This document shows positions 53,123-64,000 of a DNA stretch of 64,000 nucleotides, one piece after another; position 1 is the stretch's first letter, and each line of letters opens with the position of its first letter. The position numbers were made by a program, and so were the translations under genes. A model generated the notes under the pieces. It ran no database searches. It worked only from the letters and a program-made list of their open reading frames with translations, and was not told where the DNA came from. This DNA comes from Eledone cirrhosa (taxonomy: Eukaryota). The DNA is taken from contig OZ024754.1 in NCBI GenBank assembly GCA_964016885.1, forward strand, positions 34,410,001 to 34,474,000, read 5' to 3'.

Positions 53123-53244
53123 ATGAAAAGATTCAGGACCCCGACGGCTGAGGTTTGGCCGTTTCGACAGCCAGATCCAAACTAGATCAGATCTAGCTGT
53201 CGAAACAACCGAAGCTCAGCCATCGAGGTCCTGAATCTTTTCAT
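53123..53244. repeat. Hairpin palindrome with 55-bp arms and a 12-nt loop
   Basis: 53123-53177 pairs with 53190-53244 at 48 of 55 positions by manual comparison. Confidence 0.88.
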
Positions 53245-53411
53245 TTAGACCCGAAGACCCAACTTCCCACTGGTACAAGCTGAAGCTGAAGCATATAGAC
53301 AATATGCCACCACACCCTCCCACTGCAAAGTGGTTGTGGAGGTGCCATGGCAAAAAAGCACCCAGCCCACACTGTGAAATGGTCGTGTAGGCGCCATGGA
53401 AAAAAAGCACC

Positions 53412-53767
53412 CAGCACTCACTGTAAATGAGGTTGGTGTTAGGAAGGGCATCCAGCTGTAGAAATCAAGCCAGAATCAGTTCTCGTATGAGCAAGACAAG
53501 GTCAGCCGACCAGACACTGCCCACAACAGGACAATCTGTCTAACCCAAGAATGGACGTAAAATGGTGAGGATGATGATGATATATCATCATCATCATCAT
53601 CACCGTTTTACGTCCGTTCTTCCACGCTAGCATGGGTTAGACGGGTTGTCCTGTTGTGGGCAGTGTCTGGTCGGCTGACCATGCCTTGCTCATACAGGAA
53701 CTGATCTGGCTTGATTTCTACAGCTGGATGCCCTTCCTAACACCAACCTCATTTACAGTGAGTGCTG
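53412..53767. repeat. Tail-to-tail inverted SINE-tail pair
   Basis: Arms of about 170-185 bp meet at ...GATGATGATATATCATCATC... (about 53582). Confidence 0.85.
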
Positions 53768-53823
53768 TATTTATATATGAGAGAGAGAGAGATGGGTGGA
53801 TGGATGTACTTGTGTACATATAT

Positions 53824-54230
53824 GTTCAGCTTTATGCCAGGCAGAGATACTATTGATGCCTTCTTTCTGTTAAGACAACTGCAGGAGAAGTACTTGGTTA
53901 AGAGTAAACCACTGTACCTGGCTTTTGGGGATCTGGAGAAGGCCATTGACAAAGTCCCCTCTATATAATCTGGTGAGCATTGTTTCAAGTAGGTGGATAG
54001 CTTGTGAAGGCCATGTAAGCTATATAGAGAGAATTGCAACCAGCAGGGTGAGAGCAGTGAACACAATAATAAATTTGAAGTGCAGGTGGGTGTCCACCAG
54101 GGTTCAGCTCTCAGCCCACTTCTGTTTATCATTGACCTTCAAGCCATTATAAAGGAGTTTAAAACTAATTATATGCTAATTATATGCTAATGATCTAGTC
54201 TTTTGAGTCAAATCCATTAAGTGTTCAAGA
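53824..54230 (+). mobile_element. RTE RT fragment
   Basis: FSFMPGRDTIDAFFLLRQLQEKYLVKSKPLYLAFGDLEKA...FEVQVGVHQGSALSPLLFII. Confidence 0.85.
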
Positions 54231-55239
54231 CAAAATTCCAGACATGAAAGAAAAATTTAGACTCAAAAAGCCTAAAAGTAAGCTTTTCGTGGAAGAGGCA
54301 GACCCAGAAAAACACAGGATGGGATAGTGAGGGTTGACCTTAAGGATCTGAACCTCACAACAAAGATAACAAAGGACTACAACGACTGGCAGTATGTGCT
54401 GGTGAAAACCCAGAGCTGGCCCAAGCTCACCATCCTTCCACTCTGTGCTAGATACCTCACTAAACTCTGATACACTAGTCATTATCACCACTGCCTCCTG
54501 TACTGCCAGAGATTCCCATCTCATCCACTGCCCTTCACCCTGTTAAATCCCTCCACAGTTGGCAACACCCTAGCCCTGTCTATTGAGTAGAGAGTACTGT
54601 TCAGTTGAGTCAATGACAACAACTTCCCCAATGACAGTGCCACAATAGATGCACCTGTACACCCTGTAAAGTGGTTAGTGATAGGACTTGTACACCACTG
54701 TAGAAACCATACCAAAAGGATTGAGAAGACTCTTAGTTGTGTCAGGGATATGACAATGTCTCTTGTGTTGGTAAACTGGTAAACTGCATGATAAATGTAC
54801 CAAGTACACTCTGTAAAGTGGTTGGTGATGGGAAGAGCATCCAGCTGTAGAAAACATGCTATACCTAACCTTATGAGGGCTCTTTAGCTATGCCACAAAC
54901 ATAACTAGTGTTAGTGATCTACACAATAGTCACCCGGTACACTCTGTAGAGTAGTTGGTTGGTCTTAGGAAGGGCATCCAACCATAGAAAACCTGTCAAA
55001 CAAAAGGTTGGTAAGACTCTTCAGCTATGCCAAAGACATGACAACTTCTCTAGTGTTGCTGTCAGGATAAAATGCACAAAGTAGAGCACAGGATTTTATG
55101 TTGGGTTCCTGACTCACCTGGAGGTCAGGGGCTCCACTTGAGTACTGACCTGTCTGTGATGACATGTCCAACTATTGCTAACAGAATAAAAACATACCTT
55201 AAACGACAATAAGGACTATATATAAATATATATGTGTGG

Positions 55240-55273
<34 letters not shown>

Positions 55274-55282
<9 letters not shown>

Positions 55283-56253
55283 TAAACAAATAATGAACGA
55301 ACAATTCCTTATATTAAACAAAAAAAGTTCACTATTTAACGATCGTTTCTAGGGCATATATGTGCTATAATTGGTATGCATATTTAACAGATCTATGTAC
55401 AAAATTATACAAAATTATACAAATTATCAAGATTAAATATACATACCTAACTCATATATACGCCGTCCTCAGAAATAATGAAGTATATTTATTGATAATA
55501 ACAACAATTCAAAATATCAGTTCAAAATTGACCAATGAAAACACAAAGGGTTAAAAAGCAGTTTGGTGTGTGTATATATACATGTAAAACCCTACACACA
55601 TTTTACAATAATGTGTGTATAATATGTATGTGCATACTAAAAAGATGGATGCAAATAAAAAATTTCAAGGTTAATATCTCTGTAAGCTTAATGCGCTGAT
55701 AAGATACGCAATGATACTTATGTAGTCAAGCATATAAATATATTTTTTTCATACTCACACATATCAGTATAATCACACATACATGTGCGTATATATATAA
55801 ATATACACATAACCACGAACACACAAACACACACACACCCCCCACTCACATTTATATATGTGGATATAAAATCATAAGCAAATAGAAATTAAGTCACTCA
55901 CATAAACACACTGGTACACACATTTCAAGATCAAGATACAGAAATTAGGTGGGAGGGGGGGGGAGGGGTCAGTATTAGGTTGTCAGACCAGACAGCCTAA
56001 TATAAATGTATCTATAAATTATGAAAAATAAAAAAATAAAAACAATAAAATATATTACATATAATATAATGTACATACGCATACAGATATACATACACAT
56101 ACATACATATACGCGCACATAGAGATATCTACACATACATACATACACACATACCTATACTGTCATACACACACATACATTTACACTAACATACACATAC
56201 ACATATAAAAAGATAAAAATACGGACACACACACGCGCAACACATACACACAT

Positions 56254-56302
<49 letters not shown>

Positions 56303-56417
56303 TATACACACACACACATAGACTCATATATATATACATACACATACATATACTTATACATAAACATATATATCCCACACTCATACCACCATGAAAAACC
56401 ATACAAACATCCAGATG

Positions 56418-56466
<49 letters not shown>

Positions 56467-56558
56467 ATACACACGCGTACACATATATGCATATATACAT
56501 ACATACATACACACATACACATATATATATATACACACACACATAAAATACAGACATG

Positions 56559-56589
<31 letters not shown>

Positions 56590-56681
56590 TTCATTACCCT
56601 TATATATACACATAGTATATATACATACACAACCTCACTTATACACATATACACATAAGTTATATTACAATAATAATAAAG

Positions 56682-56720
<39 letters not shown>

Positions 56721-56858
56721 TATACACACATATACACATATACATACATACACATACATATACATACATACATACAATACATACATACACCTAAATATAA
56801 ACATATATAAATACACACATACGAATAAAGACATATATTCACACATAGACACCTATAT

Positions 56859-56902
<44 letters not shown>

Positions 56903-56984
56903 ATATACACACACATACACATACATACACATATATATATATATACACATATATACACACGCACACACATACAGACACACATAC
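55274..56984. repeat. Left inverted arm (1711 bp)
   Basis: Position x pairs with 117356-x. Mirrored ORFs have identical lengths (55360-55554 vs 61802-61996; 56181-56852 vs 60504-61175). Confidence 0.95.
55328..55482 (-). ncRNA. Mirror copy of the long-stem-II hammerhead candidate
   Basis: Reverse complement of 61874-62028 within the left arm. Confidence 0.7.
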
Positions 56985-58719
56985 ACACTCACATATACAT
57001 ATATATATATATATATATATGTGTATGTGAGTGTGCGCAAGTACATACATATATATACACACACACATACAAACACACACAAACACATACATATGCATAC
57101 ATGCACACACACACACATATATCACATAGATACGAAGATAAACATATAAATAGAGAGACATACAAATATATACAGAACCCATATACACATACATGCAAAC
57201 ACGCATATACATATATACATATATACACACATATATATTCCTATATACAAGCATACACATACACACACATATATACATATACCTACACATATATATACCA
57301 CACATTCACATACACGTACATATATAATACCTATATACATACATATACATACATATGTATGTACAATCATATATACACACTCAATCTTACATTCATATTT
57401 ACATGCTCATATATGTATTTTTATATCTAGAAATAAATACCAAAAAAACTATATAGACACCCATCTACCCATATATTCATACATATACACTTACAAAAAC
57501 AGATGATAATAGTATGGGGGAAAGGGGGGGGTTTGGAGAAGGGGATCAAAGTAAATATATGTTTCAAGAAACCTATAATATTTTCCATATCTTAATTCAA
57601 TGTATGTTCTTACATATTTTCAATGCTAGGAAATACGAAATCTATGCATCACAAAATAAAAAAGTATACCATTAATCATATGTCAACTAAACCAAAGATA
57701 GTCAACATATTGATTTCCAAGGTGTAAATTAGTTAGGTTTATAATATTTGAAGCAGAATTATGAAGTCAAACAGTAGTAGATTATTAATTACATTATAAC
57801 TAAATTAAAGTTAATAATAGGGAAAAGAAACCCAAATAAAAATAAAATAAAGTATTACATCGGTAGTAGCATATAAATTATATGTTAACTAAGTTAAAAA
57901 TTATATATTTATTTCAATAGTATATGTTAATTAGTATATGTTAATTAGGTATACAATACATAAAGCAGATATTGTATTTCATCAATAGCATAATATAAAT
58001 ATATGCAAATAAAAATCAAAATTAATACGCATACACATACATATACATACACATACACATACATATACATATACATACGCATATATATATATATATATAT
58101 ACATATATATACACACACATACATACATATATAGTCACATAAATATACATACAGATACACATACAATACACACATATACATATACATATAGATATACATA
58201 TCTTTTTCAAAAAATTTGCACAGAATATATTAACTAGGTATATATCCAAAAACACCTCCCATTCTATGATTACATGAAATTCTGCAATTCGTCTGTACAA
58301 GGATACTAATTTTAAGCAAATTAAAATTAAAATTAAAGTTTTAGGTTGATTAAAGCTAAAACCAAATAATAAATATATTTCCAAAATGTATATTAATTAG
58401 GTCAATAATACTAAAAATTCTTTCTCCGTCATAGGATACATGATATTATTTTGTTATATTTTATCTGTAAAAGAATTATAATAAAAAAAAAAAAAATTTT
58501 ATAATAAAAGGTTAAACTAAATTAAAAAATTATAATAAAAGGTTAAAATAAGTTAAAATTAATCTATAAATTAAATTACTGAATATATATTAGTAATATT
58601 TAAAGGTTTTTCAAAATTAATGATTACATAATATTTTCTCATCTGTAATAAAATATTAATTAAATTAAATTTATAGGTTAACTAACATTTAAATTAAATT
58701 AAATTCTAGAATAATGTTA

Positions 58720-60371
58720 TTAATTAGGTTTATAATATTTAAATGTTTTTTTTAGTTTATGATTACACGATATAATTAATTCCTGTCTTTTATTTAATAA
58801 GATATCCCTAGACTTCATTATTTCAAATAGTTCTTGGGAACATAATCTACATTCCTTTCTATTATTTTGATAAGGGGTGGCTCTTTTGAGCACACTCCAG
58901 GTCAAATCATATTTTATATTTTTATTTTTATAACTATTGATTTTTTCTGCTAGAGATGTTGTATTAGCCAGTGCGGCATTTTTAAAGCTATGTTTGTGGG
59001 TATTATACCTTGTCTTAAAATTGTTAGAGGTAGCTCCTATATATGAGCAAATAGAATCTTTAGTTTTAACATTACATTTATAGACTATGTTGTTAACAAG
59101 ACAATTCCCTTTTAATGGGCAGTTTGTTTTGTTTCTACAGTTACATCCTTTCGTTAATTCTGTATTTGAGGAGATATTATTGTTAATTTGATGTACTGGT
59201 GGTATACTTATAGTTTTCTTACATTTATATGCATTATATGCACTTATATTTTGTTTTATGTTATTTGTTGTAGAATATGAGAATTTAACTGTAGACCTAT
59301 TTAAGATTTGATGGTATTTGTGGTTTGGCGGGAAGTTTTTCTCAAGGATATAAAAAAATTTTTTTGCAATATTATCCTTAACTTGTAAATTAAAAGGAGC
59401 ATTATACCAAGTAACTCGTCTATTACGGTTTCTATGTTGTTTATTATTTTTATTATTTTTATATGTTGTATCATGATTTTTACTAGGAGGAATAATGTTA
59501 ATGATCTCACCACAACTATTTTTAGTTATATTTGTAGATTTAGGTGTTTTATCTTTTTTATTAGGAGTTTTATTATTAATATTTATTATAGTCTTATGAT
59601 GAGTAGTTTTTTGAGGGTTACTATACTTTATATTAGAAGATTTAGTATTTTGGGGTATACTGTGGGTGGCATTTAGGTGTGTACCTTTCATTTGGTGTTT
59701 GTTGGTAATATTATGCTGTATGTTTTCAGTATTTTTAGTAGAAGTTATATACTCTAATCTATTTTTGTGGCCACTTCTATCTAGAGCTTCATTATAAAAG
59801 GTCGCATTTTTATCAAATACATCTTGGTTAGAAGAAAGGTTAGAAATTCTAAGTGATATATTATATGCAAGGTTTTTAAGGATAGATTTAGGGTGATTAG
59901 ATTGTGAGTGTATGTAATGTAAGTTTTGGTTAGGTTTATGGTAAGGTTGGTATATACCCGTAGCTAAATCTAAAGTTATATCTAGGAAATTTACTACTTT
60001 ACTTGTTTTTTCAAAAGTAATATTAAGATTATAATAGTCCTTAAGGAAAGTTCTAATATGCTTTTTGTTTTTTTCGATTTCTGAAAGGCTAAGGTTGTTA
60101 GAAAGAAGAAGACAGTCATCACGATATAAACCACCTTTGAGGTGGGGAAAAGAGGCATTTATGTTGAAAAGGAGAAAGAGGCCCACAAGATCAGTAATTT
60201 GGGCAGAATCGCTTGAACCCATAGTAATATCAAAAAGATTACTATAAGTGTTTCTGGTCCAGTATTCATTCTGAAATTCAATAAGTGTTTGTCTAGCATG
60301 TATAATAATGTTAATGTCATCCGAAGTTAAATTAGATCTATTTTTAGTAAATATTAATGCTTTGTTCAGGA
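58720..60371 (-). CDS. Penelope-like RT (C-terminal half) and GIY-YIG endonuclease, 5'-truncated open frame
   Basis: The frame is open from the junction: LNKALIF...IIHARQTL...[110 protein letters not shown]. Confidence 0.92.
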
Positions 60372-60453
60372 GTATGTGTGTCTGTATGTGTGTGCGTGTG
60401 TATATATGTGTATATATATATATATGTGTATGTATGTGTATGTGTGTGTATAT

Positions 60454-60497
<44 letters not shown>

Positions 60498-60635
60498 ATA
60501 TAGGTGTCTATGTGTGAATATATGTCTTTATTCGTATGTGTGTATTTATATATGTTTATATTTAGGTGTATGTATGTATTGTATGTATGTATGTATATGT
60601 ATGTGTATGTATGTATATGTGTATATGTGTGTATA

Positions 60636-60674
<39 letters not shown>

Positions 60675-60766
60675 CTTTATTATTATTGTAATATAACTTA
60701 TGTGTATATGTGTATAAGTGAAGTTGTGTATGTATATATACTATGTGTATATATAAGGGTAATGAA

Positions 60767-60797
<31 letters not shown>

Positions 60798-60889
60798 CAT
60801 GTCTGTATTTTATGTGTGTGTGTATATATATATATGTGTATGTGTGTATGTATGTATGTATATATGCATATATGTGTACGTGTGTGTAT

Positions 60890-60938
<49 letters not shown>

Positions 60939-61053
60939 CATCTGGATGTTTGTATGGTTTTTCATGGTGGTATGAGTGTGGGATATATATGTTTATGTAT
61001 AAGTATATGTATGTGTATGTATATATATATGAGTCTATGTGTGTGTGTGTATA

Positions 61054-61102
<49 letters not shown>

Positions 61103-62082
61103 ATGTGTGTATGTGTTGCGCGTGTGTGTGTCCGTATTTTTATCTTTTTATATGTGTATGTGTATGTTAGTGTAAATGTATGTGTGTGTATGACAGTATA
61201 GGTATGTGTGTATGTATGTATGTGTAGATATCTCTATGTGCGCGTATATGTATGTATGTGTATGTATATCTGTATGCGTATGTACATTATATTATATGTA
61301 ATATATTTTATTGTTTTTATTTTTTTATTTTTCATAATTTATAGATACATTTATATTAGGCTGTCTGGTCTGACAACCTAATACTGACCCCTCCCCCCCC
61401 CTCCCACCTAATTTCTGTATCTTGATCTTGAAATGTGTGTACCAGTGTGTTTATGTGAGTGACTTAATTTCTATTTGCTTATGATTTTATATCCACATAT
61501 ATAAATGTGAGTGGGGGGTGTGTGTGTGTTTGTGTGTTCGTGGTTATGTGTATATTTATATATATACGCACATGTATGTGTGATTATACTGATATGTGTG
61601 AGTATGAAAAAAATATATTTATATGCTTGACTACATAAGTATCATTGCGTATCTTATCAGCGCATTAAGCTTACAGAGATATTAACCTTGAAATTTTTTA
61701 TTTGCATCCATCTTTTTAGTATGCACATACATATTATACACACATTATTGTAAAATGTGTGTAGGGTTTTACATGTATATATACACACACCAAACTGCTT
61801 TTTAACCCTTTGTGTTTTCATTGGTCAATTTTGAACTGATATTTTGAATTGTTGTTATTATCAATAAATATACTTCATTATTTCTGAGGACGGCGTATAT
61901 ATGAGTTAGGTATGTATATTTAATCTTGATAATTTGTATAATTTTGTATAATTTTGTACATAGATCTGTTAAATATGCATACCAATTATAGCACATATAT
62001 GCCCTAGAAACGATCGTTAAATAGTGAACTTTTTTTGTTTAATATAAGGAATTGTTCGTTCATTATTTGTTTAATATTTTAT
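60372..62082. repeat. Right inverted arm (1711 bp)
   Basis: Reverse complement of 55274-56984; only two mismatches were noticed by eye. Confidence 0.95.
61874..62028 (+). ncRNA. Candidate type I hammerhead ribozyme with long stem II
   Basis: Stem I TTCATTATTT/AAATAGTGAA, CTGAGGA at 61884-61890, stem II GGCGTATAT/ATATATGCC plus GGTATGTATATTTAA/TTAAATATGCATACC, GAAA at 62007-62010, palindromic CGATCG, and a GUU site. Confidence 0.7.
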
Positions 62083-62745
62083 CTTGACTCTGTATACCGT
62101 TTATCTTTCACCGAAATTGGATTTTCATTACATCTCTTCTTTCCATGATATCCGGAATACATTGAGTTCTTCATACGGATTGGACACTACCGTAAACTCT
62201 TGGTAGATTTATCTACATATATATATATATATATATATCTTGGTGTTAGGAAGGGCATCCAACTGTAGAAACCAAGTTAAAATCAATTCTGTATGAGCAA
62301 AATACAGTCCTCTGTGTAGGTATATGTGCATGTGTTTACATGGGTAAATGTCTGTTTGTGCTTATGTTGATGTATGTGTGTACACACACACACACACATA
62401 TAAACCTATGTACATAAAAATAATACGCAATTACTAAATGTAACAAATTGATGAATAGATCTGTGAATATGTATGTATGCGTATATTTAGATAAATACAG
62501 ACATACACATACACACACACACTCATCTCTCCTGCTCACTCTTTCTTGCTCCCCCCCCTCTCTTTCTCCTCCCTCCCACTCTGTCTTACATGGTGCATGC
62601 GAGTATGCAACTTACAGATGCATAAATGCAGCTCATTGCACACTCAATAAGGAAATGTAAATATAAAGCACATTAACAACAACAACAAAATACTAATGAT
62701 TCTTAAAAATCCAGATGCAGTAGAATTTCAGCTGATCCAGAACAT

Positions 62746-62809
<64 letters not shown>

Positions 62810-63067
62810 ACAGTAAGGAGAGAAATACACATAAATATATGTATTCGATTATAGAGAATATATCCCCTATAATCAAATACATATATTTATGTGTATTTGC
62901 CTCTTTACTGTTTTATAAAGAGCTTGGAATTTGTTCCTTGAGCTTATTTGATTGTAGAGGATTATTGAGTTTCTAACTCAACATTTTAATTTTATATATA
63001 ATATGTATATATATGTGTGTGTGTATATAAGCAAAAGGCATATTTAATTTGTTGGGAATTCAACAAA

Positions 63068-63400
63068 TCATCATCATCATCACTTTACGTCCGCTTTTCC
63101 CTGCTTGCAAGGGTGGGACGAGAACTGATTCTGGCTTGATTTCTACAGCTGGATGCCCTTCCTAACACAAACCACATTTACAGTGAGTGCTGGGTGCTTT
63201 TTTGCCGTGGCACCTCCACAACCACTTTGCAGTGGAATGATATGGACCTCTGTCTCTATCATCTCATTTCTACAGCTGAGTAAACTGGAGCAATGTGAAA
63301 TAAAGTGTCTTGCTCAAGGAAACAACACATCACCCGGTCTGAGAATTGATCTCACAACCTTTTGATTGCAAGGCCAATGCTCTAACCACTAAGCCATGTG
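63068..63400 (-). mobile_element. tRNA/CORE-like SINE (family B) with RTE tail
   Basis: Reverse complement of the family-B head and core plus the CACCCTTGCAAGCAGGGAAAAGCGGACGTAAA tail. Confidence 0.8.
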
Positions 63401-63506
63401 CCTCTATATAAATGTTTATAACTGATTCAAAGCACTCGACATGTTTTCTGGAGTATAATATTCAATGATATTAAGTAAATGGAAACTATATTTATAAAAC
63501 CATACT

Positions 63507-63567
63507 TATTCTATTATATATATTTCAAGGGTACCAAAACTTTGGTACGCTCTCATCAGATAAAATA
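63507..63567 (-). ncRNA. Type I hammerhead ribozyme (left arm, opposite strand)
   Basis: Reverse complement of 63638-63698 within the 92-bp inverted arms 63477-63568 and 63637-63728. Confidence 0.8.
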
Positions 63568-63637
63568 CTATCCAGGAAAAACTTGAACTGTTAAGATCTT
63601 CTTCCTGGATATGTCAATATTTATAAAACAAACTTTG

Positions 63638-63698
63638 TATTTTATCTGATGAGAGCGTACCAAAGTTTTGGTACCCTTGAAATATATATAATAGAATA
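63638..63698 (+). ncRNA. Type I hammerhead ribozyme (right arm of palindrome)
   Basis: TATTTTAT-CTGATGA-GAGCGTACCAA(AGTT)TTGGTACCCTT-GAAA-TATATA-TA-ATAGAATA. Stems I and II pair, and stem III is minimal and palindromic. Confidence 0.8.
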
Positions 63699-63778
63699 AA
63701 TATGGTTTTATAAATATAGTTTCTATTTCATCATCATCATCATCATCATCATTTTACGTCCGCTTTTCCCTGCTTGCA

Positions 63779-63827
<49 letters not shown>

Positions 63828-64000
63828 CTACATCTATGAGTAGGTATGTGTATATATGCATGTGTGTATGTGTATGTATATTGTATATATATATATATTG
63901 TATATGTATGTATATGTTTGTATATTTTATATGTATATCTGGATATATCTACGTATGTGTATATCTACGTATGTGCATATATATATATATATATATGTCT

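Larger units (their letters stand above)
55274..62216 (-). mobile_element. Penelope-like retroelement (Naiad-type), 5'-truncated with an inverted 3' arm
   Basis: RT plus GIY-YIG ORF, inverted arms 55274-56984 and 60372-62082, (TA)n on both sides, and a hammerhead motif near each outer end. Confidence 0.88.

Noticed and set aside
57733-57749. 17-bp match TTAGGTTTATAATATTT to the ORF end near 58724 as a direct pLTR
   Set aside because: The match does not extend and is plausible by chance in very AT-rich DNA.
56155-58384. Multiple YIYI/CVCV ORFs (also 38513-38997 and 60308-61201)
   Set aside because: They are (TA)n/(CA)n microsatellite artefacts.
58720-60222. Selenocysteine recoding, as reported for some Naiad elements
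   Set aside because: The ORF contains no in-frame TGA, and the conserved Cys positions are ordinary Cys codons.

Overview
This is AT-rich, repeat-dominated eukaryotic DNA. The SINE/RTE repertoire and microsatellite load suggest a coleoid cephalopod (Octopus-like), which is an inference. There are no prokaryotic features and no CRISPR array. The only recognisable host gene is XRCC3 (RAD51 paralog, + strand), with three in-frame phase-1 exons at 33568-33705, 34353-34445 and 40638-40760; its first and downstream exons were not located. The rest is RTE, L1/Tx1 and Vingi-like LINE fragments, Helitron fragments, TTAA and hAT MITEs, two tRNA-derived SINE families and SINE-derived minisatellites. The most notable structure is a young Penelope-like retroelement with Naiad-type RT (LYRDD) plus GIY-YIG, at about 55274-62216. 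It has 1.71-kb near-identical inverted arms, and each arm carries a candidate type I hammerhead ribozyme with an unusually long (~115 nt) stem II. Several short palindromes elsewhere are built from outward-facing hammerhead cores: 63477-63728 is intact, while 7092-7221, 34903-34987 and 53123-53244 are degenerate. Together they suggest a family of ambisense ribozyme-bearing fold-back mini-elements. Most ORFs in the supplied track are microsatellite artefacts.
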